A stretch of 64,000 nt of DNA from an uncultured Lachnospiraceae bacterium (GCA_902779445.1 CACZBM010000014.1:8508-72507), one strand, 5' to 3'. Positions 1-9,130 are shown, numbered from the stretch's first letter. The notes: a model not told the origin generated them from the letters alone. Program-made: numbers and translations.

Positions 1-277
1 TCTTTGGAGCATTGGGGTCCGGTATTTCCTCAGGCTCCTCTTCTTCACCGCCAGCTTCCGTGCCTTCCTGTATCTCCGGCTCCTCCGGCCCCGCCGTCAC
101 TTCCCCGCCGCTCTGCTCCGGCATGACTGGATCCTTTGAAGCACTGCCCCCGTTCTCCCTTGTTTTAAAGACAGAAAAAGCGAAAATTACAAGCAGCAAA
201 ATAACTGCGGCACATACAACACATGCCGCAGTCATTAATGCGAGTATTCTCTTTCTGTGTCTTTTCATTCTGACCAT
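1..277 (-). CDS. partial CDS (N-terminal part, continues past window start): membrane-anchored protein with Glu/Pro-rich region
   Basis: The minus strand is open from ATG 277 (alternative ATG 268) to the window edge, 92 codons. It begins MVRMKRHRKRILALMTAACVVCAAVILLLVIFAF (a TM anchor) and continues ...PEEPEIQEGTEAGGEEEEPEEIPDPNAPK. The SD is weak. It is absent from the ORF track because it runs off the window. Confidence 0.4.
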   Translation of the reverse strand, partial: MVRMKRHRKRILALMTAACVVCAAVILLLVIFAFSVFKTRENGGSASKDPVMPEQSGGEVTAGPEEPEIQEGTEAGGEEEEPEEIPDPNAPK

Positions 278-292
278 GAAAAAAAACGATAG

Positions 293-1840
293 TTAAAAGA
301 AAATATTTTTCCCCGTTTCAAAGTAATAGTTATTGGAGGGGATTATCTCGGATCCTTTGACCTCGAATACCTCCCAGACCACGCCGCTCTTTCCCACTGG
401 CACCTGGAATGAGGCCACAAGACCGCTCTTATTATACATCTTTACCTGTACTTCGGAAAGTGACATATCATTCGTGAGATTATTGCCTGACTTTCCGTTT
501 CTCTGATCAGTAACAAAATACTTATAATCCGTATCGCTGTCAACAGTTATTATCTGGCTCATGCTGTTTTCATACTTACCGGAATTCAGATCCACGGTAA
601 AAGGCTTTAATTCAGAGATCTTATCGGTATTGTATGAAAGGACCACTTCGTACTGGTTCTCTTTTAATTTATCCGGAGACTGTTTTGTGACATCCAGAAG
701 ATATGTCTTGGGGTCGTGCTTATTATTGCCCTCCGGAGCCATATAGGTCACTCCCGCCGGATACTCTATGGTCCTCGGCCTGATAAATACGTCATTCACC
801 TCGGACACGGCAAAATCGCCGTATTCAAATTTCATATTGTACCAGTCGGCGTTATTGACCGGAACAGTGATCTCGTAATAGCCGTCACCATTAGAAACCA
901 CACTTTTCTTATAGGCATTTGCCTCACTGGTGATCGTAACAGAGGTATTTGCAAGGGTTCCGCCGTATTCATCAGCCACGTAACCGTAAATCTTCGCTGT
1001 AGAGGGGATATCCTTAAGGGCATCATATGACACATAAGCTCTGTTTATAAGCTTCTGCTCCAGCTCGTCATATTCCTTCTGAATATCCGGATTCATATCC
1101 TTATAAGTCGCCGCTGTGACGGATTCATTTGATTCCCCGTATGTGGCATAGCATTCAGCCATGAAATCATCGGTAAAATAACACCTCTGCCCGCCGGATT
1201 TTCTTGCATCATCCGCATTGATACCGTAGAGATCGTCTAAATACCTGTATATATAGACAAGGGTTCCTTCCTGGAAATAATAACCGTTTATCTCCCTTCC
1301 GCTGCTTCCGTACTCAGTTGCCACTATCTTGTCGATCAGTCTTTCCTCGGGATCGGTGTAAACTGTGAAATCAATGGTAGCTCCGTTCCCGCTCCTGAAC
1401 ATCCTTATCGTCTTTTTCTTATCCCCGGATATCCTTTTTTCTATATCCTTGGCCACATGTTTATTAACCTCCGCGGATTCCGATCTCTTATTGGGCTCGT
1501 ACTTTATAGTGTCAAAGTCTATTTCCGGAGTAACACCGTTCGTGCGGTTGATATAAGCGACAGCTTCTTCAAATGTATCATCTATCGCTTCCTTCGGGCC
1601 ATGCTTTGCAGGGGCAGTGATCGCGTCATCTTCCCCGATCCCGTCCTCATCCTCGGGAACCTCTTCCTCTGTTGAAGGGAGGGAAATATCTCCCGTGGGT
1701 TCTGCTGAAGATGCTGCTGTATCATCCTTATTTGTGACTATTCCGTTTTTATCATTCTTTCCGCACCCTGAAATAAGGGTGATCATCATCACCAGTATAA
1801 GTATTGATCCGGTAATTCTTCCGGCAATATTGTTTTTCAT
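293..1840 (-). CDS. lipoprotein of unknown function, with a carboxypeptidase-regulatory-like beta-sandwich segment
   Basis: Signal peptide plus lipobox ...MMITLISGCGKN. GGAGG SD upstream of ATG 1840. The segment IYGYVADEYGGTLANTSVTITSE...SNGDGYYEITVP resembles CarboxypepD_reg-type folds (recollection). Confidence 0.6.
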   Translation of the reverse strand: MKNNIAGRITGSILILVMMITLISGCGKNDKNGIVTNKDDTAASSAEPTGDISLPSTEEEVPEDEDGIGEDDAITAPAKHGPKEAIDDTFEEAVAYINRTNGVTPEIDFDTIKYEPNKRSESAEVNKHVAKDIEKRISGDKKKTIRMFRSGNGATIDFTVYTDPEERLIDKIVATEYGSSGREINGYYFQEGTLVYIYRYLDDLYGINADDARKSGGQRCYFTDDFMAECYATYGESNESVTAATYKDMNPDIQKEYDELEQKLINRAYVSYDALKDIPSTAKIYGYVADEYGGTLANTSVTITSEANAYKKSVVSNGDGYYEITVPVNNADWYNMKFEYGDFAVSEVNDVFIRPRTIEYPAGVTYMAPEGNNKHDPKTYLLDVTKQSPDKLKENQYEVVLSYNTDKISELKPFTVDLNSGKYENSMSQIITVDSDTDYKYFVTDQRNGKSGNNLTNDMSLSEVQVKMYNKSGLVASFQVPVGKSGVVWEVFEVKGSEIIPSNNYYFETGKNIFF

Positions 1841-1932
1841 TTATTATGCCTCCTGCATCAAAGGGCGCACGAAACACCCTGTATGCGTGCACTATAACAC
1901 AAAACAATTCAAAAAAACCGTATTTAAGATAT

Positions 1933-2856
1933 TCATAAGGAAATATTCAGTATGTCTAAGATAATCCCCGTAAGAAGTCCGCAGGAAAAGAGGATCCCGG
2001 TGATCAAAAAGTTCTTTTTTCTGTCAGAATTTACCCTGAATAATACGAGCAGACCTATCCCGGCTCCCGTAAGTAAGCCTGACATCATGGACCCGAAGCC
2101 TATGATCCCTTCCATATAGAACTCCGTTATGATCACTGAAGCCGCACAGTTGGGTATCAGACCGATAAGACTTGCAGCGAAATTGACAAAAATACCTTTA
2201 TTCGAGAGAAATGATCCTATGGTCTCTTCCCCTACAGTTTCCACTATGAAATTGATAAGGATAGATACAGCAAGGATGAAAATAAAGATATTAAATGTAT
2301 GTTTGACAGCGGGCTTTACTATCCCGTGATGATGCTTCTTAGTGTGTTCCTTTAGATCCCTGACTTCATGCATATCCTTGAATTCAGACTTTTCATCATC
2401 ACAGTGGCATTTCTCTTTAACGCAGAGACTGTGGATATCCATGGGCTTTTTCCCGGACTTCAGGAAATATCTTATGAAAGCATCCATGAGAACTCCCCAG
2501 AATACCCCGATAACAGCTTTTATCAGAAGGATCTTTAATATCCTGTCCGGTGCGAGATGCCCCGACAGAAACATAGGCAGCATTTCGTCAGATGTGGACA
2601 GAAAGATCGCCAGGAGAGTTCCTGACGTTATCACATTTCCCGCATACAGATTTGAAGCGGCCGTTGAAAAGCCGCACTGTGGAAATATTCCTATGATCCC
2701 GCCTATCACAGGTCCGAATCTTCCCGACCTTTCCACTGCCTCTGCCATTCTGCCCCCGGCATGTTCCTCCAGGTACTCCATAAAGAGATAGGTTATGAAA
2801 AGATAGGGAAGCGTCTTTACCGAATCTATGACGGCATCCAGTACTATATCAGCCAT
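1933..2856 (-). CDS. polytopic (about 10 TM) putative metal permease, ArsP_2/PF11449-like
   Basis: Two hydrophobic halves are separated by the loop CHCDDEKSEFKDMHEVRDLKEHTKKHHHG. The N-terminus FPQCGFSTAASNLYAGNVIT...STSDEMLP matches my recollection of the 'putative 10TM heavy-metal exporter' family. GGAGGAG SD. It starts 16 nt after the upstream peptide gene. Confidence 0.55.
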   Translation of the reverse strand: MADIVLDAVIDSVKTLPYLFITYLFMEYLEEHAGGRMAEAVERSGRFGPVIGGIIGIFPQCGFSTAASNLYAGNVITSGTLLAIFLSTSDEMLPMFLSGHLAPDRILKILLIKAVIGVFWGVLMDAFIRYFLKSGKKPMDIHSLCVKEKCHCDDEKSEFKDMHEVRDLKEHTKKHHHGIVKPAVKHTFNIFIFILAVSILINFIVETVGEETIGSFLSNKGIFVNFAASLIGLIPNCAASVIITEFYMEGIIGFGSMMSGLLTGAGIGLLVLFRVNSDRKKNFLITGILFSCGLLTGIILDILNISL

Positions 2857-2872
2857 TTACTCCTCCGCCTGT

Positions 2873-3121
2873 TCAGGGAGTACCGTATACACCGTTTGAA
2901 TCAACCGTGAATGTATGACCGCAGGTATGACATCTGAAATGATCCCTTTCATCACCTGCTACATTCCAGACTTCAAAATTGCCCTCATCTGTCTCTCCAC
3001 AGGAGTGACACATTATTTCTTTACCACTTGAATATCCGCTATTATTGGAAAATCCTCCGGACACCATCTCCATATCAGCGTCTGAAAGCTGTATGGATCT
3101 TTTCATATTTTCGTTATTCAT
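2873..3121 (-). CDS. 82-aa peptide: double-glycine-type leader plus Cys4 zinc-ribbon core
   Basis: AAGGAG lies 5 nt upstream of the ATG. The N-terminus MNNENMKRSIQLSDADMEMVSGG fits LSxxELxxIxGG. The core has CHSCG and CHTCGH knuckles separated by 22 residues. Confidence 0.6.
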   Translation of the reverse strand: MNNENMKRSIQLSDADMEMVSGGFSNNSGYSSGKEIMCHSCGETDEGNFEVWNVAGDERDHFRCHTCGHTFTVDSNGVYGTP

Positions 3122-3273
3122 ATGATCTCCTTTCTGTTGAGGAGCACGATCTCTTTTTGATCCTCACATAATGATATACGTACCGTATTATTAAACTGGC
3201 AGCAGATCATCAAAAGATATTCTATCATAATTATAGCAAACGACAAAATTCTTTCGTTTAATAAAAAAAGATT

Positions 3274-3444
3274 CAAACGCCAAAAGTACTGAATCACTGT
3301 TTTGATACAACGAATTGCTTCGTTGCTTTCAGCAACTCTCGCAATTCTACAATACTCGCAATCCGCTAATTTACTGCTGTTTGACGCCCAAAGTCAAATG
3401 GCTTTTTGAACAAGTTCAATCGCCATTTGGACTTTTGGCGTTTG
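3274..3444. repeat. 171-bp element bounded by perfect 14-bp inverted repeats
   Basis: caaacgccaaaagt (3274-3287) is the exact reverse complement of acttttggcgtttg (3431-3444). Internal small hairpins are caacgaa/ttcgttg, ttgct/agcaa and ttgaa/ttcaa. An imperfect local partner lies at 3385-3402. Confidence 0.5.
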
Positions 3445-3454
3445 TATCATAAAA

Positions 3455-3483
3455 TTGACAATGTTAAAAAAAGGGTCTAATAT
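3455..3483 (+). promoter_or_regulatory. sigma-A-type promoter for the MATE gene (TTGACA-17-TAATAT)
   Basis: TTGACA at 3455-3460, an exact 17-nt spacer, and TAATAT at 3478-3483. The ATG at 3493 is only 9 nt past the -10 element. Confidence 0.45.
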
Positions 3484-3492
3484 TTCCGCACT

Positions 3493-4845
3493 ATGACAAA
3501 GAGCAATACAAAAAATATGACAGAGGGTAATCCCCTTCTGCTCATCATGCAGTTTGCTTTCCCCCTGCTCCTCGGGAATCTTTTCCAGCAGACTTATAAC
3601 GTAGTGGATGCAGCCATCGTGGGCCGTATCCTGGGTGCCAATGCCCTTGCGGGAGTTGGCGCATCCAGCAGTGTGCAGTTTCTGATACTGGGTTTCTGTA
3701 TCGGAATATGTGCCGGCTTTTCAGTGCCTGTCGCACAGCGGTTCGGAGCCGGGGACACCCGGTCCCTCAGAAGATTTATCTTTCACAGCGTTATACTCAT
3801 CGTATTTCTGTCTGTAATACTGACACTCATATGCTGTCTCTTATGTAAAGGGATATTAAATATACTCCACACTCCCGGCGATATCTATTCCGATGCCTAT
3901 GCCTATCTTTTCGTGATCTTTTTAGGCATACCTTTTACCCTGTTATACAATATCACCGCCGGAGTATTAAGGGCGGTGGGTGACAGCCGTACCCCGTTTA
4001 TATTCCTTGCACTGTCTACTGCTTTCAATATCGGTCTCGATCTCTTCTGTATCATCGTACTTAAATGGGGTGTTGCGGGAGCTGCTCTTGCGACTGTGGC
4101 CTCCCAGGCTATAAGCGGGATACTGTGTCTTATCTTTATCCTGAAAAAGATGACTTTTATCCTTCCGGAAAAGGATGACTGTGTCCTTAAGCTTTCCTAC
4201 ATATTGAATCTTTTGAGTATGGGACTCCCCATGGGAATGCAGTATTCCATCACTGCAATAGGCAGTATGTTCATGCAGTCCGCCAATAATTCCCTGGGGA
4301 GCGTTTATGTTTCGGGATTCACTGCCGCGATGAAGATAAAGCAGTTCACCATGTGTCCTTTTGACGCCCTGGCTACTGCTGTTTCCACCTTTGCAGGGCA
4401 GAATTACGGCGCCGGAAATGTTAAACGCATACGTGACGGTGTAAAGATAGGTGTGATAGTCGGGATAATATACGGCATCCTGGCAGGAATAGTAAATATC
4501 TTCTTCGGCCGCACTCTTTCCCTTCTCTTTATAAGTGCGGATTCTGCCGCTATCCTTGACGCGGCTGCCAGATACTTAAGAGCCCTCGGTTTCTTCTACT
4601 GGGCTCTTGGTATACTCAATGTCTGCAGGATGTCGGTCCAGGGTCTCGGTTTTTCCGCCCTCACCATATTTTCGGGCTTTACCGAAATGGTCGCAAGGAT
4701 TCTTATGAGCGTCTTTGCCGTACCTGCATTCGGATATGCCGCCATCTGCTTTACAGACCAGAGTGCGTGGCTTTCTGCCTGTTTTTACATTGTCCCCACA
4801 TGCATTTACTGCATCAATAAGATCGATCACATACTTAATTCCTGA
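3493..4845 (+). CDS. MATE family efflux transporter
   Basis: 450 aa with about 12 TM segments. The N-terminal GNLFQQTYNVVDAAIVGR motif and overall layout are typical of MATE (NorM/DinF-like) exporters. Confidence 0.85.
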   Translation: MTKSNTKNMTEGNPLLLIMQFAFPLLLGNLFQQTYNVVDAAIVGRILGANALAGVGASSSVQFLILGFCIGICAGFSVPVAQRFGAGDTRSLRRFIFHSVILIVFLSVILTLICCLLCKGILNILHTPGDIYSDAYAYLFVIFLGIPFTLLYNITAGVLRAVGDSRTPFIFLALSTAFNIGLDLFCIIVLKWGVAGAALATVASQAISGILCLIFILKKMTFILPEKDDCVLKLSYILNLLSMGLPMGMQYSITAIGSMFMQSANNSLGSVYVSGFTAAMKIKQFTMCPFDALATAVSTFAGQNYGAGNVKRIRDGVKIGVIVGIIYGILAGIVNIFFGRTLSLLFISADSAAILDAAARYLRALGFFYWALGILNVCRMSVQGLGFSALTIFSGFTEMVARILMSVFAVPAFGYAAICFTDQSAWLSACFYIVPTCIYCINKIDHILNS

Positions 4846-6280
4846 GCATCTTTACCGGATCCAGAACTTCTCTTGCCTTATCGGGATCCAGAAGCTTCTC
4901 TTCTATTACCACATCAAGTACGGACCTGCCCGAGTATAAAGCCTTCTTTGCGGTATCAGCAGCCTTCTGATATCCAACTAATGGTACGAGCACCGTGATG
5001 ATACCGATACTGTTCTCAACAAGCTCCCTGCACCTCTTTTCATTCGCTCCGATACCGGTCACACAGTTATCCGTAAATGTTTCAACCGCATACCCAAGGG
5101 TATCTATGGACTGGAAAAGGTTGTAGAAGATTATCGGTTCAAAGGCATTGAGTTCCAGCTGTCCCGCTTCGGCAGCAAGAGTGATCGTCATATCATTTCC
5201 TATGACATTAAACGCCACCTGATTTACAACCTCAGGTATCACAGGGTTTACCTTTCCGGGCATTATGGATGAACCATTCTGTCTCGCCGGAAGGCTTATC
5301 TCTCCGAAGCCCGTTCTGGGCCCTGAAGACATAAGACGGAGATCATTAGCGATCTTTGAAAGAGAAACCGCACAGGCCTTGACTATCCCTGAAACAGTTA
5401 CAAAGGGATCCAGATTCTGTGTGGAATCAATAAGATCATCCGCATGCTTCAGATCCATTTTCGATACTTTATTAAGTGTGGGCACAATATTGGAGATATA
5501 TTTCTCATCGGCATTGATGCCGGTACCTATTGCAGTACCGCCCATGTTGACGGTTCTCATCTCTTCTATTGCAGCATCCAGTCTGCCGACATTTCTGAGT
5601 ACCGCATCGCTGTATGCCTGGAATTCCTGGCCAAGGCTAATGGGTACCGCATCCTGCATCTGGGTACGTCCCATTTTGACTACTTTTTCAAATTCTTTAG
5701 CCTTTTTTGACAATGCTACCTGAAGACATTGCATCTGAACCCTGAGATTCAGTAAAAGGCGTATGGTAGTCATCTTTCCTGCAGTGGGAACAACGTCATT
5801 TGTGGACTGTCCCATGTTGACATCATCATTTGGATGTATGACAGAATAGTCTCCCTTATTACCGCCTAATATTTCAATAGCCCTGTTAGCTATCACCTCA
5901 TTGGCATTCATATTAATGGAGGTTCCGGCACCTCCCTGGATCGGATCCACGATAAAGTTTTCAAGAAACTGTCCATCCAGAATCTCATCACACGCTTTGA
6001 TAATGGCATCTGCCTTTTCTTTGGAGAGCTTTCCCGTTTCATTATTGGTAATGGCCGCTGCCTTTTTAATATAGACAATACTGCTAACTATCTCAGGATG
6101 CATGGTCAACCCTGTTATAGGAAAGTTCTCCGCAGCCCTTAAGGACTGTACACCGTAATAAGCATCTGAGGGTACTTCTTTATCACCGATGGAATCATGC
6201 TCCATACGATAATTTTTGCTTTTTACATCATCGGGAACCCTTTTGCTTCCGGATCTCCACCCTATCGTACCGTTATTCAT
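4835..6280 (-). CDS. aspA: aspartate ammonia-lyase
   Basis: Carries the fumarate-lyase signature GSSIMPGKVNPVIPEVVNQVAFNVIGND, which is the AspA-type PVIPE variant rather than the FumC-type. The N-terminus has YYGVQSLRAAENFPITG. Confidence 0.85.
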   Translation of the reverse strand: MNNGTIGWRSGSKRVPDDVKSKNYRMEHDSIGDKEVPSDAYYGVQSLRAAENFPITGLTMHPEIVSSIVYIKKAAAITNNETGKLSKEKADAIIKACDEILDGQFLENFIVDPIQGGAGTSINMNANEVIANRAIEILGGNKGDYSVIHPNDDVNMGQSTNDVVPTAGKMTTIRLLLNLRVQMQCLQVALSKKAKEFEKVVKMGRTQMQDAVPISLGQEFQAYSDAVLRNVGRLDAAIEEMRTVNMGGTAIGTGINADEKYISNIVPTLNKVSKMDLKHADDLIDSTQNLDPFVTVSGIVKACAVSLSKIANDLRLMSSGPRTGFGEISLPARQNGSSIMPGKVNPVIPEVVNQVAFNVIGNDMTITLAAEAGQLELNAFEPIIFYNLFQSIDTLGYAVETFTDNCVTGIGANEKRCRELVENSIGIITVLVPLVGYQKAADTAKKALYSGRSVLDVVIEEKLLDPDKAREVLDPVKMLRN

Positions 6281-6307
6281 AATTCTGTACCTCCTTAATT
6301 CCTGACA

Positions 6308-7003
6308 CTAAATGTTCTCTTTTATCATGAATAATCCAGATATTAAAAGTATACCGCAGCATATCCATATGGTATTGATACCGAAACGCGCAGACAATAC
6401 ACCTCCGATGCCTGCTCCAATAGCGAATATCACGATAACACCATAATACTGTATCGCATTTATCAGGTCCTCTATCGATCTGTCCCTTAAAAACCGTGCC
6501 AGACATGATGTTCCGCTCTTAAGATTTCCGATACACATTGTACTTGCGTATCCTTTTCCCCTTAACAGACGAAATGCCTGCACCTGCATTGCACATGCAA
6601 AAGATACTGACATATTAGCAATTCTTTCGTACTCAAGCGGCATAAGCCCCACCACAAAAAGGATCAGAAGTTCGATCAGTAGAACTATCTGCCTCCAGTG
6701 GATCTTTTTATTATGCTTAAATCTGCTTTCGATAAATTCCGACAGAAAAACACCTGCCACAAATGAAAAAACAGGAAACATATAGTCTACGGCTTCATGC
6801 AGGTTTCCCAGCATGAAGTTTTGGCTCATAAGCACCACATTTCCCGTCTGGGCATTGGCAAAAACCCGGTCTCTCACATTAAAGGTATAGGCATCCTGTA
6901 GTCCTCCGGAAAAGGAAAGAAGCGCACCGAGGATAAAACTGTCAGATCTCTGCATATGTATCCCTTCTGTATGGTTTGCTTTATCTTTTTTATTATGCAC
7001 CAA
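6308..7003 (-). CDS. YoaK/DUF1275 family membrane protein
   Basis: GGLQDAYTF...VFANAQTGNVVL and multiple TM segments. The true start may be the internal MQRSDSF codon at 6955. Confidence 0.7.
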   Translation of the reverse strand: MVHNKKDKANHTEGIHMQRSDSFILGALLSFSGGLQDAYTFNVRDRVFANAQTGNVVLMSQNFMLGNLHEAVDYMFPVFSFVAGVFLSEFIESRFKHNKKIHWRQIVLLIELLILFVVGLMPLEYERIANMSVSFACAMQVQAFRLLRGKGYASTMCIGNLKSGTSCLARFLRDRSIEDLINAIQYYGVIVIFAIGAGIGGVLSARFGINTIWICCGILLISGLFMIKENI

Positions 7004-7021
7004 CCGGCTTAATCGTGTAAA

Positions 7022-7058
7022 TAAAAAAATAACTCCCCGGAGATTCCTCCGGGGAGTT
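7022..7058 (-). terminator. rho-independent terminator after the S8 peptidase gene
   Basis: Stem aactccccgga/tccggggagtt (7031-7058), followed on the minus strand by a T-run (the A-run at 7022-7030 on plus). Confidence 0.6.
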
Positions 7059-7072
7059 GGAATGACTCAGCC

Positions 7073-9130
7073 TTACGCTACTTCAAGCTTATAGGTAAAG
7101 GTCTTATTTGATCCATCAATAGTCTTGAATTTGATGGTATACTTACCGGGATTATTTAGAATAGCCTTGACGGGCCTGCCCTTTTTATTGTTAACAAAGG
7201 TGACATTTCCTTTGCTGATATCTTTTTTACTAAAGGTCACACTATACTTAAAAGCGCTATCGGCACTATACCAGACAGGTTCTGTAGTATACTTCTTATC
7301 AAAGAACAGGCATGCATTTGAATTTAAATTAGAATTAGGAGATATAAGATCCACTTCTGTTCCGCATTTTACTGCTGAATCAAATTTTATTGTGCTCTTT
7401 ATCTTGAGTTTGTATCCACCTTTTTTGTTCGATACAGTAGTGTAAGATCCAGCAGCCACAAGAGGTTTTGTGATGGTATATTTACATTGGAGAGTATCTC
7501 CTTCGATCTCTGCTGTTATTGTCACTTCCGAACCTATGACAGCCTTCTTATCACACTTAACCACGCCATTCTTTACGGTAACGCTTGAGGATGAGCTGGT
7601 CCACTTTGCATCCTTTAAGGCTTTTTTGAGTTCTTTAGTATTGGTATTACCCTTCGGATCTCCGATCTTAAGCTTTACTTTCTTTCCCTGGGCAATATCC
7701 CCCCCAAGGATCGCACCGTAATTTCCGGCTTCATCCACCAGAGTATAGGTCTTTGAAAAGGATTTCGGTATTTTTTCCACGGCTTTATCAGCCTGAACAA
7801 GACCTGTAATACTGTGGTCTTGATAAGAATATTCTATTCCGTCAGTGGTATTTAAGATCGCATCCGTAACATAATCCACGGCGTAACTTTTTCCCATATC
7901 AAGAAGATCCGGATTAACGGAGTAACATAATGCGGCAACACCTGCCACAATTGGGGTTGCCATGGAGGTTCCTTTAATACAGCCGTAAGCATTCTGATTC
8001 GATGTGCTACCCGTAATACTACCTGGAATACCAGGAAGATAGGTAGCTGTAATAGCTGTTCCCGGTGCTGCAATATCAACCCAGTCGCCGTAGTTTGAGT
8101 AATCAGCAAGATTGTCATTCTTATCCGTAGCTGCAACGGCTAATACATGATCGTAAGCGGCAGGATACGCCTTAGTAGATGTATTATCATTACCTGATGC
8201 TGCGACGGTCATTATCCCTCTATCATAGGCTTCATTTATAAGCTGCTGGAAACTGCTGGAATAACGGGGGCCACCGAGGCTCATGCTAATGACATTGACA
8301 TTTTTTTCCATTGCTATGGAAAAAGCCTCTTCTACTGCAGACATGGAAAATCCGCTGCTTGTGTTAAACGCTTTCACGGAGTAGATCTCTGCATCCGGAG
8401 CGACCCCGAAACCTCCAAGGGAATTTCCTTTTTTTTCATGGATTATGCCGGTGCAGTGTATGCCATGTCCCACAGTTGTATCTGTACCTGATGAAAAAGA
8501 GTCTATGTAGAGGGAATGCTCATCATCAAAGGCGGAATCCTCGTGATCCGGGGTACATCCCGAATCAATGACCGCGATCTTTGCACCCTCTCCGGTTGTG
8601 GTCTCATGAGCTTTAAGGGTATTTATCTTGTCATGAAAGTACTGGTAATGTGGATCGGCACTATTTGCGTAAGGGTCATTTGTCAGTGTGCTGTCCAAAT
8701 GACCCATGGAAAAAATATTAGAGTCACTCACACTGACATCACTTTTTACATCCATCGTTTGATATATATAATTGGGATTGACTGGAACCTCCGGAGAACC
8801 ACCATGAGCAGCTGCCATAAAGGCATCAACAGTGCTTTCCTTAAACTGTACCACGGCTATCCTGTGGTTATAGCTCTTTAAGGTTCCGTTATACTGTGCA
8901 GCGATCCTTTCTGCATCTTCTCTTGTATCTGCGATAAAGACACCTTCTTTATCCACATAATCGGTACCGGGCTCAAGGGAATCAAGCTCTGCGGCAACTG
9001 ATTCAAGCTCTGCGGCAACTGAATCATCGAATAAAGCCGTTCCTTCTTCCGCTGATACCGGCATTGAAAATGTAACTGTCAGGGCTGCGGCCAGAAACAG
9101 CGACAGCAGTTTTTTACTGTGTTTTTTCAT
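7073..9130 (-). CDS. secreted S8 (subtilisin-family) serine peptidase with C-terminal Ig-like beta repeats
   Basis: Triad motifs occur in subtilase order: IAVIDSGC (Asp), HGIHCTG (His), GTSMATPIVAG (Ser). Signal peptide MKKHSKKLLSLFLAAALTVTFSMPVSA. I moved the start to ATG 9130 (AAAGGAG upstream), because the ORF-track start at 9196 lies in the predicted promoter. Confidence 0.85.
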   Translation of the reverse strand: MKKHSKKLLSLFLAAALTVTFSMPVSAEEGTALFDDSVAAELESVAAELDSLEPGTDYVDKEGVFIADTREDAERIAAQYNGTLKSYNHRIAVVQFKESTVDAFMAAAHGGSPEVPVNPNYIYQTMDVKSDVSVSDSNIFSMGHLDSTLTNDPYANSADPHYQYFHDKINTLKAHETTTGEGAKIAVIDSGCTPDHEDSAFDDEHSLYIDSFSSGTDTTVGHGIHCTGIIHEKKGNSLGGFGVAPDAEIYSVKAFNTSSGFSMSAVEEAFSIAMEKNVNVISMSLGGPRYSSSFQQLINEAYDRGIMTVAASGNDNTSTKAYPAAYDHVLAVAATDKNDNLADYSNYGDWVDIAAPGTAITATYLPGIPGSITGSTSNQNAYGCIKGTSMATPIVAGVAALCYSVNPDLLDMGKSYAVDYVTDAILNTTDGIEYSYQDHSITGLVQADKAVEKIPKSFSKTYTLVDEAGNYGAILGGDIAQGKKVKLKIGDPKGNTNTKELKKALKDAKWTSSSSSVTVKNGVVKCDKKAVIGSEVTITAEIEGDTLQCKYTITKPLVAAGSYTTVSNKKGGYKLKIKSTIKFDSAVKCGTEVDLISPNSNLNSNACLFFDKKYTTEPVWYSADSAFKYSVTFSKKDISKGNVTFVNNKKGRPVKAILNNPGKYTIKFKTIDGSNKTFTYKLEVA
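8982..9023. repeat. 2 x 21-bp in-frame tandem duplication inside the S8 peptidase pro-region
   Basis: tcaagctctgcggcaactgat is followed by tcaagctctgcggcaactgaa. This encodes the duplicated heptad VAAELES/VAAELDS. Confidence 0.8.

Noticed and set aside
12-296. Plus-strand 94-aa ORF at the window start.
   Set aside because: It is a Ser/Pro-rich shadow of the open minus-strand frame, which encodes a plausible TM-anchored protein (1..277).
2873-3121. Reading the GG-leader peptide locus as a standard class II bacteriocin cluster.
   Set aside because: There is no C39/ABC exporter, accessory protein, immunity gene or histidine kinase/response regulator pair within the window. The core is a Cys4 zinc-ribbon rather than an amphipathic or cationic bacteriocin-like peptide. 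I kept it as an open finding instead.
6273-6506. A 77-aa minus-strand ORF overlapping the 3' end of the YoaK-like gene.
   Set aside because: It lies out of frame within a well-supported membrane-protein gene and has no SD or motif.
7699-7705. C7 (G7 on the coding strand) inside the S8 peptidase CDS, and C6 runs at 10918-10923 and 34331-34336, as possible frameshift phase-variation tracts.
   Set aside because: The tracts are short, the reading frames are intact, and they encode ordinary Gly/Pro codons. There is no evidence of slippage from a single sequence.
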